From the NCBI RefSeq assembly GCF_000372725.1, contig NW_005201287.1, positions 443,715-463,714 of the forward strand: a stretch of DNA of 20,000 nt. Reading direction: 5' to 3'. Positions 11,301-19,985 of this stretch are shown here, piece after piece. Origin of the DNA: Emiliania huxleyi CCMP1516. Lineage: Eukaryota. Each line of letters starts with the position of its first letter. The stretch's first letter is position 1. Under the pieces are notes generated by a model. It had not been told where the DNA came from, searched no databases, and saw only the letters and a program-made list of their open reading frames with translations. The translations under genes were made by a program, and so were the position numbers.

Positions 11301-12897
11301 CCGCGGTGTGTGCGCCCGCCCGCAGCAAGCGCCGCACGACGGCGGGGTGGTTGAAGAGGGCGGCCATCATCAGCGCGGTGAAGGCGAGGCTGTCCTGCAG
11401 GTTGACTTCAGCGCCGCGCCGAATCAGCAAGTCGACCACCCGCTCGTGGCCGCAGTTGGCGGCGGCCATCAGCGCGGTGATGCCGATGCTGTCCTGCTTG
11501 TTGATCTCCGCGCCGTGCTGCAGCAGCAGCTCGACCACCCGCTCGTGGCCGTTGCCGGCGGCGTACATCAGCGCGGTGCCGCCTTTGCTGCTCTGCAGGT
11601 TGACGTCAGCGCCGCGCCGTATCAGCAAGTCGACCAACCGCTCGTGGCCTTGGCTGGCGGCGATCATCAGCGCGGTGTCGCCGTCGCTGTTCTGCAGGTT
11701 GATCTCTGCGCCGTGCCGAATCAGCAAGTCGACCACCTGCTCGTGGCCGTAGCGGGCGGCGCCCATCAGTGCGGTGCCGCCGTCGCTCCTCTGCAGGTTG
11801 ACCTTCGCCCCACGCCGCAACAGCAACAGCACCACCCGCTCGTGGCCGAACACGGCGGCGCCCATCAGCAACGTGAGGCCGCTCACCTCACCTCTCTCGT
11901 ACGTCGCGTCGGCCCGCCCGCCGCCCTCGAGCCACTCCAGCACCGCTTCCTCCTCGCCTCGCCCAGCCGCTGCCACGACCGCATCGGAGACTGCCACGCC
12001 ACCGCTCGGCGCCGCCGCCGCCGGCGACAGATTACCCGGCCGCACCCGCACGCTCTCGCCGCCGCCCTCGAGCGCCACCGCGTACCGCCCGCCCTCGAAG
12101 CTCTGCGCCTCGCCCCGCTGCCCGTTGAGCTCGGGGCGGGAAGAGAGCCCGCCGAGCACGACTCGCTGGCCGAGCAGCGGCGCGTCCACCGCTGCCGCTG
12201 CCGCGCCCGAGGAGGCACCGCCCGCCCCTGACCGGCCGTCTGCAGCCGCCGCCTCAGCCAACACCTTGACGCACGCGGCGTTGCCCTTCTCCTTGGCCCA
12301 CTGAAGCGCCGTCTTGCCATGTGCAAAGGAGCGAGCCTTTGTATCTGCGCCAGCCCGAAGCAAGCGCCGTACGACGGTGGGGTGGCCGCTGTAGGCGGCG
12401 CCCATCAGCGCGGTGCCGCCGTCGCTGTTCCGCTGGTTGATCTCCGCCCCGTGCCGCATGAGCAACTCGACCACACGCTCGCGGCCGTTCTCCGCGGCGT
12501 ACATCAGCGCGGTGTAGCCGCTGCTGCTCTGCAGGTTGACCTCTGCGCCACGCCGAAGCAGCAGCTCGACCACCCGCTCGTGGCCGTAGTCGGCGGCGAG
12601 CATCAGCGCGGTCCAATCTTTGCTGTTCTGCAGGTTGATCTCCGCCCCGCGCTGCAGCAGCAGCTCAGCCACCCGCTCGTGGCCGTGGTTGGCGGCGCCC
12701 ATCAGCAGCGTGACGCCGCTCACCTCGCCTCTCTCGTACGTCGCGTCGGTCCGCCCGCCACTTTCAAGCCACGCCAGCACCGCCTCCTCCTCGCCACGCT
12801 CCACCGCTAGCACGGCCGCGTCGGAGCAGCTCAGGGATCCTGCGCCGCTGCTACGCTGGCGTGCAGGGCCGATCCCAAGCTCACAACCACTCACCAT
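8377..12897 (-). CDS. Intronless 1506-aa protein: three ankyrin-repeat blocks, SH3/KOW-like motif, Ala/Glu coiled coil, IRAK/Pelle-like kinase, C3HC4 RING finger, RGG tail
   Basis: Repeated TALMxAAxxGHERVVELLxRxGAEINLQ units. LLGQRVVLGGLSSRPELNGQRG...RYAVAL...VRVRPGNL motif. Kinase motifs LDELIAATDGF..VGEGGFGRVY, FAVK, HRDVSAGNILLD, ADVGLAR, GKPGYMD. RING CDLC..CGH..CETC..CPAC. C-terminal GGRGGRGG. Confidence 0.92.
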   Translation of the reverse strand: MVSGCELGIGPARQRSSGAGSLSCSDAAVLAVERGEEEAVLAWLESGGRTDATYERGEVSGVTLLMGAANHGHERVAELLLQRGAEINLQNSKDWTALMLAADYGHERVVELLLRRGAEVNLQSSSGYTALMYAAENGRERVVELLMRHGAEINQRNSDGGTALMGAAYSGHPTVVRRLLRAGADTKARSFAHGKTALQWAKEKGNAACVKVLAEAAAADGRSGAGGASSGAAAAAVDAPLLGQRVVLGGLSSRPELNGQRGEAQSFEGGRYAVALEGGGESVRVRPGNLSPAAAAPSGGVAVSDAVVAAAGRGEEEAVLEWLEGGGRADATYERGEVSGLTLLMGAAVFGHERVVLLLLRRGAKVNLQRSDGGTALMGAARYGHEQVVDLLIRHGAEINLQNSDGDTALMIAASQGHERLVDLLIRRGADVNLQSSKGGTALMYAAGNGHERVVELLLQHGAEINKQDSIGITALMAAANCGHERVVDLLIRRGAEVNLQDSLAFTALMMAALFNHPAVVRRLLRAGAHTAARSAGGKTALQLAKEKGHAECIEAFRQHVKESVVAGRPAATAAGGEGAGGASSCGASSAGSRVAETLSPAAAAGRAPSGGAAASDAIVAAAGRGEEAAILEWLEGGGRANATYERGGVSGLTLLMGAAEHGHERVVELLIRHGAEINLQNSDGDTALMIAASQGHERLVDLLIRRGADVNLQSSKGGTALMYAAGNGHERVVELLIRHGAEINLQDIKGWTALMCAAFLNLPAVVRRLLQAGADTTPTVDGKTALQWAKENDHAECVRALEEHSSTAAEAGGKTAVAESAEQAAAAAREAAAAAEAAEARDAAEAALREAVEACERGDADLEALRAAINANTAQAADGSEALRAARRLRDELAKPLKRQRQKEEKAAAAAARAAERAAEQAEEARAAEEARVAEEARVAEEADRVVVEAAAARAAEEAEAASRAGEQAEARAREEAAREREEARMREEARMRAEAEAEAAAEAAAVEAAVAAVAAAEAQEAAEAEAAATEAAAAAEAQEAAAAEAAAEAAAEAAAGAAVAAGAASSVAALAAAAAPPAAVPLDELIAATDGFAEAHKVGEGGFGRVYRADALPSLPRVACGFAVKTALVGVGAQGLAELQSEVRTLSAACHRSLLPLLGVCLARARACLVYPLCRGGSLEDRLYRAPAALQRLRMLGFETPPPPLSSAARLRVLRDAASALHYLHTRSPMILHRDVSAGNILLDERGNGYLADVGLARAAEATAGGNGQVSHLSTQRIFGKPGYMDSIIMHDGQASQLTDGFALGITLLVALTGRGALGLLNACEDELEEPDTAESIAAADAGWSAAQAEELTRLVVGLAYERKKKRMPLAEALPRLEALVEAAREVEETAGAEERLCDLCWDAPRSVRFACGHALYCETCAPRVLERDTNCPACRQPALPIAATGRLVAAQSTFVHQPPSRTVPQAQPVGATAAVGGRGGRGGRGRGGRGGRGGRGAGRGGSA

Positions 12898-13694
12898 GTT
12901 TGGGTTCCGGCTCTTTTGAGGGTGGGTAAGCGCAGGGAGGCCACTCGACTACTAAGAACCCCGGTCCGGGCGAGTTGGTCGGTCGGAGTGCTGCTGTCGT
13001 GCTGCGCGACTCCGCACCCTGCTGGCGCCGGTCGAGCGCGCGAGCTCGCGTGGGGGGGGGGCAGGATTTGTTGATTGATTGATAGAAAGGCGAAGAAAAG
13101 CCTGGCTCGGGCTGGACAATAAGGGGTGCACAGATTGGGGTGTTTCCACAATCAAACCGTCCGTGTACCGTGAAGAGTGCTTGATTCACGGACAGCGATT
13201 GATTGATTGATGGGAAGGCGAAACACAGTACAGCGAGGCTGCCCGCATGTTCAATCGTTGCCCGCAAGCGGAGCTCCCCACCGGCGGGCTTGAAGACACT
13301 GAGCCGAGCGCGCCGGCGGCGGACCGCCGCCGGCGCGCTTGCTTCGGCGGATGGCTGAGCGGCACAGTTTCTGGCCGCCCGGCCTGCGAGCTGTCGCCGA
13401 GACGAGGGTTGCGGCGGGAAAGGGAGCGTGGAGGCTGGCGGAGGCGTGGGCGAGGTGGAGGGCGGGCGGCGATCGTCTGTGTGAGCTTTCCTATCAAGCC
13501 TCTAATGCTTCGTTGTCCATCGTCCGCTGCTGTACAACTCTGGCCGTCTCTTCCTTCGCAAGGGCCCCGCCCCCCAGAGCTCCTGGGGGCGGGGCCCGCG
13601 CAGGGGACCTCTAGTGGCCATGATCTCTCGCAGAGATGCGTCCGTCCCTCGAACCTAGCTCGGCAGCGTGACGATCTAGCGCCGCGTGAGCTCG

Positions 13695-16659
13695 ATGGGC
13701 GACGCGAATCGGACGATAGCGCCCCCGTCGCTGATGAATCGGCTCAACAACCCCGCCTCCTCCTCAGCCAGCCTACGCGCCGCTGCGGTCGCCGCCGCCA
13801 CCACCGACGACGTGCCCTCCAAGGTCACCTTTGTCAAAGCAGACGGCGGTGGCATGGGCGGGCGGTGGCGCAAGGCCATGACTCTGCTCAAAGTGAGCGG
13901 TGTCGGTCGCGCCGCCATCGCCGAGGAGGACGAGTCCGTCGCGTGGCGGGCGAGCCTAGATGCCACAGCGGAGGCGGCCGCGATTGCATGCACATGCACA
14001 TGCTCATGCACATGTGCATAGCACACCTCTCCGGCGATTGGCCCATGCGGGGGTGCGCGGTGCCGCCGCGTCAGGTCGGAAGGCCCGTCGAACGAGCTCG
14101 TGCCTGCAACGCCCTACGCGCGCAAGAGCCGGGCGTGGGGCAGCGGACACTTGTTTGAGCACATCGTGAGTCGCAGCCGACACGCCACAACCTCCTTCGC
14201 TCTCCCCCGACGGGCTAGCAACACGACCCCTCAGGTGCTCGATGGCCGCACCGAGCTGGCGTCGGCGATAAACGAGGAGCTGCGCGACGGCGACGGCGTC
14301 TCTTACGGCTGGGCGGACCCCCACACAGTGGACGTGAGCTCTTATGCCGTCAGGTGCGTCGGCTGTCTGGGAGAGCCCTTCATGCATGCTCCACTGGCAA
14401 ATCCCCGCTCCACCAGCCCAATGCTCTCACCACCGCGACTGCCTCGCATGCTGTCAGCCCTGAGCTCCACCTCGACGCCGGCATGCGCGCTCGTGGTGGC
14501 TGGCGCGGGGAGCTGGCCTGCCAGCGGGGGCACAAGGCGTACGGCCTCGCGATGAGGCTCATCCAGGAGGCGGCGAGGCTGACGGAGTCCATCAAGACCC
14601 AGCCTGACAGCCTCGACTCTCGGTGTCGCGCGACCGGGTGGTGGGCTGCTGTCACATTGCCTCTTCCCACACGCTCGCTGCCCTACGACAGGTGGATGGC
14701 GGCGGAACGCGACGGGCTGCTCCGCCGCTTCCTGACAGGCCGGAAGGAGCATAGCCCCCGCCTCGGCATCGTGGACGCGGAGGCGCTCTGTACGCTGGCG
14801 ACGGCGTGCGCCGACGTCCTCCGGCAACAGCCGACTGTGGTGCGGGTGCCGGCACCATGCAAGGTGTTTGGCGACGTGCATGGGCAGCTCCGCTCGCTGC
14901 TGCTGCTGTTCGCCTCGTTTGGCTTCCCAAGCCACTTGGCCGGGGACGTACAAGGGGTGTGTTGCACTTTCATGTTGACCCGAGGCTGTGCACGGCATCC
15001 CTTCAAGCAGGCTCGCCGTTACCAGGTGAGCTACATCTTCAACGGCGACTTTGTCGACCGCGGCGTGCACCAGCTCGAGGTGGTCGCCCTCCTCTTCGCC
15101 CTGAAGCTCGTCTACCCCGAGCGCATCTATCTGCTGCGCGGCAAACCATCGACCAGCATCGCAGCGTCCGTGCGCGTCGCTCCTAATTTCGTGGTCGTGA
15201 GCACAGGGAATCACGAGTTTCGCGACATGAACGAAAAAATGAGGCTCGAGGGCTTCCGCTACCATTGTGCGACGCGCTTCGCCTACATGCCGTCAACAGT
15301 CTGGATGCGAACCTACGAGTACATCCATGACGCCTTTGACTTGCTTCCGCTCGCGGCACAGCTCGGTTGGCGCCGCGGTATGCGCCGCAGGTACCGGGTC
15401 GCTTTACGTCTCCGTGTGGACAGGCGCGACTCGGCGGCGCGGTGCTTGTGGTGCATGGCGGCGTCGGCGACGGCAGCTGGGACACCGCCAGCTTCCGGGA
15501 GATCGAGAGGCTGTGAGCGACGCCTCTTCATGCGCCGCGGTGTAAACAGGACATTAACGATTTGGAGGGTGTCGAGAGGCCGCTCACGGCGCTCGAGGTG
15601 GAGGAGGGGGAGCGTGCATCGATTCAAAAGCGCGGGATGCTTCCCCAAAGCAACCCTCTGGCGGCTACCTGCCCACAAGCGGGGCGTGATTGCGGTAGGC
15701 GCGCCGCTTTCCACGCGATGTGGAGCGACCCGAGCGACTCGGACGCAATCATGCGCAGCGGCGTCCACTCGTCCTTTCGAGGCGAGTGCATGCGAGCGAG
15801 TCGCGTAGGCTGGGGCTGGCTCCCTGCTGTGCAGCGTGCGGCAAAGCGGCTGCCCTCTCCCCCGAGCCGAGCCAAGATTCTGCCCGTTCAGGCGAGGCGA
15901 TCCCAGAGTTTGGTCCCGATATCACCGGCGAGTTTTGCACGCGGAACAATATCAGCCTCGTGATCCGTTCGCACCAGTTTGTCAAGGAGGGCATCGCGTG
16001 ACGGCGCTCTCCTGCTGTGAAAAGACGCGGTTCACTGCTCGGTGCGTCAACAGGAGGGTTTCAAAGTAATGCACTCTGGCCACGTCGTCACCGTGTTTTC
16101 CGCGCGCGACTACTTTGTCGGCAAGGCCCACGCCCCCGATTACCAACGCGAGCATTGTGCGCGCGCCGACGCCAACGAGGGCAACGATGCGGCGATGCTA
16201 TTGCTCGCACCCGACCGGAACGGCGACCTGCGCGTGCACCCGAAGCGGATCTCGTCGTGCTCCTCCGGCATCAAGTCGGCCGTGCGGCAGCAGGAGCGTT
16301 TTACTCTCTCGGCCGGTGTGTTGTGAGCGGCGCCTCTTCACGCCCCGTCCTGTGAACAGGAGCGAATCGACATCCTCATGGGCGTGCGCCGGATCTTGAT
16401 GTGGGCCGTGACGTGCGGCGCCGTCCCGCTCGTGCCACCCGTGAGGGAGTACCGCTCACATCGCTCGTCACGCAAGGCATCAAAGGGCGACTCGCTGGAC
16501 GGAGCCGCTGGAGAAAAGAGCCCCCGCCCGCGCCGTTCCCCTCGCTCGCGCGCCCGGTCAGAGTCGCACGGCCGGCGATCCCGCTCTCGCTCCCGCTCCC
16601 CTACCCGCGAGACCGGGTGCGAGCGTCCCGAAGGAGCTCGCTCCGCGGCGGCGGCGTGA
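13695..16659 (+). CDS. PPP-family Ser/Thr protein phosphatase, multi-exon, with N-terminal extension and RS-rich C-terminal tail (start uncertain)
   Basis: Motifs GDVHG (~14870), GDFVDRG (~15045), RGNHE across intron 15141-15206, VHGG (~15450), WSDP (15721), RG across intron 15782-15891, FGPDIT..F...N...IRSHQ and VTVFSARDY. Other inferred introns: 14354-14457, 14623-14691, 15356-15423, 15481-15549, 15630-15698, 15987-16053, 16294-16359. Stop TGA at 16657-16659. Confidence 0.88.
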
Positions 16660-17127
16660 CTGAGCGCAGGTGCCGGCCGCTGTGAAGTGAGCCGGCCCAG
16701 AGATGGAGAGGCAGGTTCTGACTTCTGTTTTTTCGAGAGGAATTAGGGGGGCTAGCTCCCTGTGTTCCCTTTAGTACCCCGTTGAGTTGGCGATTTTCCA
16801 CACATACACACTTCCTCGCCAATCCCATGCATGCACATGTGGCAATGCACACCGAGAACTAATTGCGCACGGAACACTGCACACACAAAGAATACAACAG
16901 AGCCTCGACGGCTGGGCGTGGGGCCTCCAGCTCCTCGCGCCATCAAAAGTTATCCCATGACGATGCCCCAAACGCGCACATGCACGGGTGGCAGCCACAC
17001 GGCTCCACGGGTCACGACATCTCTCAGCCACGTGTGAGAGGTGGGCGGGAAGCAAGGTAACAACCACATGTCCACATCCACAACGGACAATTCACGCACC
17101 ACGCCAGGGCTCGCACTCGACGGGCGG

Positions 17128-17175
17128 GCCCGCGCCTTGTGCAGCCCGCGCCTTGTGCAGCCCGCGCCTTGTGCA
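17128..17175. repeat. 16-bp tandem repeat x3 (GCCCGCGCCTTGTGCA)
   Basis: Three exact consecutive copies. Confidence 0.9.
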
Positions 17176-17195
17176 CCCGTCGGCAGCCTGCGGCC

Positions 17196-19483
17196 TCACC
17201 TCCTCGTCACTTCGTCGGCTCCGCCTACCCAGACCTCTCCGCTCATTCACAGCCTTCTTTTGTCGGCGCCTCGCACCTCAGCCGGCTCCGCCGTCCACGC
17301 GCCGCTTGGAGACGGCAGCACCACCGCCAACGGGGGGGTGCGGTCGCGGTGCGGCGGTCGTGCTGTCCCGTCGGCCAGCGCCCGCTCTAACGACCAAATC
17401 AGTGAAGAATGAAGATGCGAGAGGGCGGCGAGGCAGACGAGCGCAGCCCGCGAGGCCGCCTGAGCCGCCGCCGTAGCCCGCCGCCTCGTTTGCCGCGGCG
17501 CTGATTGTCTTGAGTGCCGCCGACAGCCCGTCTGCCCGCTCCTGCTGCTGCGCCGTCGCCTCCCTCGCCTACTCATGAGCTGTTCATTAACCACGCCCGC
17601 TCTCTCCTGCCGCTGCGCCGCCGCCTCCGCCGCCTCGCGCAGCTGCAGTCTGCTCTCACGCAGCCGGCGCAGCGCCTTGGCACACGCCTCTGCCGCCCGC
17701 CCGTCGCCGCCGCCCGCCGCCGCCTCGGCAAGCGCACTCTCGAGCTCCTACGCGACATGTCCCGGACATGTCGTGGGCGTGCTCTGGGCACGTCCTCGGG
17801 GAAGCGCACTCTCGAGCTCCTACGCGACATGTCCCGGACATGTCGTGGGCGTGCTCTGGGCACGTCCTCGGGGAAGCGCACTCTCGAGCGCCGCGTCGTC
17901 TGCGTCCGACGCGTCGGAGCTGCTCGCGATGCTCGGGCTCCTAGAATTGTACAACTAGAGAAGGTTCCTAGAAGGTTCCTAGAAGGTTCGGAGCTGCTCG
18001 CGATGCTCGAGCTCCTCGCCGCGCCGACGGCGACCTCGGCGTCAGCGTCCGTCTTGATGGCGCGCGCGGGCCCGTTCTTCTTGCTCCACGACTTGCGCCG
18101 CCCGGGCTCCTTGCCGACCGACTTGCGGTGCTCGTGGTGCAGCGTCACCTGTTCACACGCCGCGCCCCGCGTGAGCAGCGCCTCCCCTGCGGGCGCAGCA
18201 CTTGCGGCGCTCGTGGTGCAGCGCCAGGTCGGAGCGAGAGTACGACCTTGAGAGGGAGGTTGGCACCTTCCACGCCCGCGCCACCGCCGCAGGAGTCGAG
18301 GGCGAGCCGACGGACGCGGCGAGCGACGCGCCTGTTCACACCGCAGAGGTGTGAACAGGCGCTGTTCACACCCTCGAGCCGGCGGACGCGGCGAAGAGCG
18401 GCGCGCAGTGCCTCATCGCCTGAGGATTGGGGGTGCGGGCCGCTCACACTTCTCCCCCACCCCACACACACCAGGCGAGAGGCGAGGGGGGTGGGGCGAG
18501 GGGGGTGGGGCGAGGACGCGAGGGGGGGGGGGCCGCCGGCGAAGGTGCTTGACCGCCGCGGCGAGCTCGTCGTGCAGCCTCTCGACAGCCTCCTTGCTGC
18601 CGACGCGGGACCTGATTCAGAATGAGCCCTCCAGCTGGGCACTCAGGCCGGCCCACCGGAGCTCTGGCCCCCGGGGCGGGACTCGGTGTGCAGCGCCAGC
18701 GAGTTTGTCTGCTCGTAGTCTCGCACCAGCATCGAGGACAGCAGCCGCATCAGCGCCTGCAGGTAGTCAGCGAATTCGTATCCATCGTTCTCCATTAGTT
18801 CACAGCAGCCTGCACCAGCGCCTGCAGGTCGTTTGACTCTCGCGCGCTCTTGAGCTGCGTCGTCGCTGCGCCGATCCGGTCGCAATTCGGCGGCGGCTCT
18901 GCGCGCCACGCGTCCTTGCCGTCGAGCGAGTCGAGCTCGCGCGCCGCCGCCGCCCACTCCACCCAAGGACCGGCCGCCTGCTGCCACCTCGAGGTGTGAA
19001 GAGGCGGCAGCGGGGCTGTTCCACCCGAGGACCGGCCGCCTGCAGCGTGCGGCGGAGCGCGACGCGGCGAGAGATGGAGCCTCCGCGGTACCAGCGCGAG
19101 GTGGACTCGAGGACGTACCAGACCTTGGACGCTATGTTGAGCAGCGAGACGCACAGCACCGACAGGGCGATCATCGCCATCTGCCACGCGACAAAGATGA
19201 GCTGTCCGGCAAGGAAGGCGGCGGCGAGGCCGGTCCACATGACCCACCGAAAGTACTGGCGGACGGTGACGACGGCGAGGACGGAGAGGAGGCACATCTG
19301 CCACGCCGACGCCTCCGCCGTAAGGCTCCACAGCGCGCTGCCCAGCTCCATCGCCTCGTGGAGCGGGTGCGACGCGAGCTGGATGGCGTTCGAGACGCAG
19401 GTGTCGTAGGCGGCGTGGACGGCGCCGCCGCACCACTGCGGCGGCGCAGCGACGGCAGAGACGTCCGCCGCCTCGCAGCTCAT
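17196..19483 (-). CDS. Multi-exon membrane protein with a DUF3336-like region (N-terminal part of TGL3/TGL4/SDP1-type lipases); no patatin catalytic motif seen; 3' exons tentative
   Basis: ATG at 19483, then hydrophobic helices (AWQMCLLSVLAVV..., GLAAAFLAGQLIFVAWQMAMIALSVLCVSLL). The spliced segment WVEWAAAARELDSLDGKDAWR...LKSARESNDLQALMRLLSSMLVRD...LHTESRVGSKEAVERL resembles DUF3336. Inferred introns include 18978-19039, 18757-18821, 18612-18682, 17941-18014, 17748-17891, 17569-17633 and 17225-17291. Confidence 0.62.
17730..17889. repeat. 72-bp tandem repeat (~2.2 copies), corresponding to a duplicated intron unit
   Basis: Unit AAGCGCACTCTCGAGCTCCTACGCGACATGTCCCGGACATGTCGTGGGCGTGCTCTGGGCACGTCCTCGGGG starts at 17730 and 17802, with a partial copy at 17874. 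Confidence 0.92.
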
Positions 19484-19619
19484 GCCTGTGTAAATAGCAA
19501 GAGGGCGGGGCGTCGCGTTTCTTGCTGGACGACGGCGATTTCCAGCGATGCGCCCGCGATGCCCGCGACGTGCGTCCCTTGTCAACACGCCGCGAGCTGG
19601 GATAGGACCGCCGCAAGCG

Positions 19620-19622
<3 letters not shown>

Positions 19623-19682
<60 letters not shown>

Positions 19683-19985
19683 GATGGCGAAAAACTCGTC
19701 TCGCCACACGCCAAGGGCTTATGCTCTGGCGAGACGTGAGGCGCATGCGCCCAGGAGGGGAGGGGGCATGTGTAACGACACTGCTAGAGATGCCTTTCGG
19801 GGCCCAGAGATAAAACTTCTGTGATGCCATGCGTGACCTAGTAGTGTCCCCAGCTATGGGCGTGTCCACGTTGGAGCCAGGTGTGGTGTGGGCGCGAGAA
19901 TAGCTCCGCCGTTCATGGAGGCAACCGATGCGAGTCGACTGGTGTGTGTCGTCGTGGTTTCGTATCAAGAATTCTCTCTCTCTCT
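19623..19985. mobile_element. Dispersed repeat copy 2, with a (GA)n left end, a (TC)n right end and a 15-bp flanking direct repeat (SINE-like or other non-autonomous element)
   Basis: CCGCCGCAAGCGGCG at 19608-19622 and 19986-20000; (GA)n at 19622-19679; (TC)n at ~19973-19986; core 19715-19972 matches 7923-8175. Confidence 0.65.

Noticed and set aside
7923..19972. The two ~250-bp repeats as LTRs of one 12-kb element
   Set aside because: No TG...CA ends, primer-binding site or gag/pol; the interior holds ordinary host genes; copy 2 has its own flanking direct repeat.
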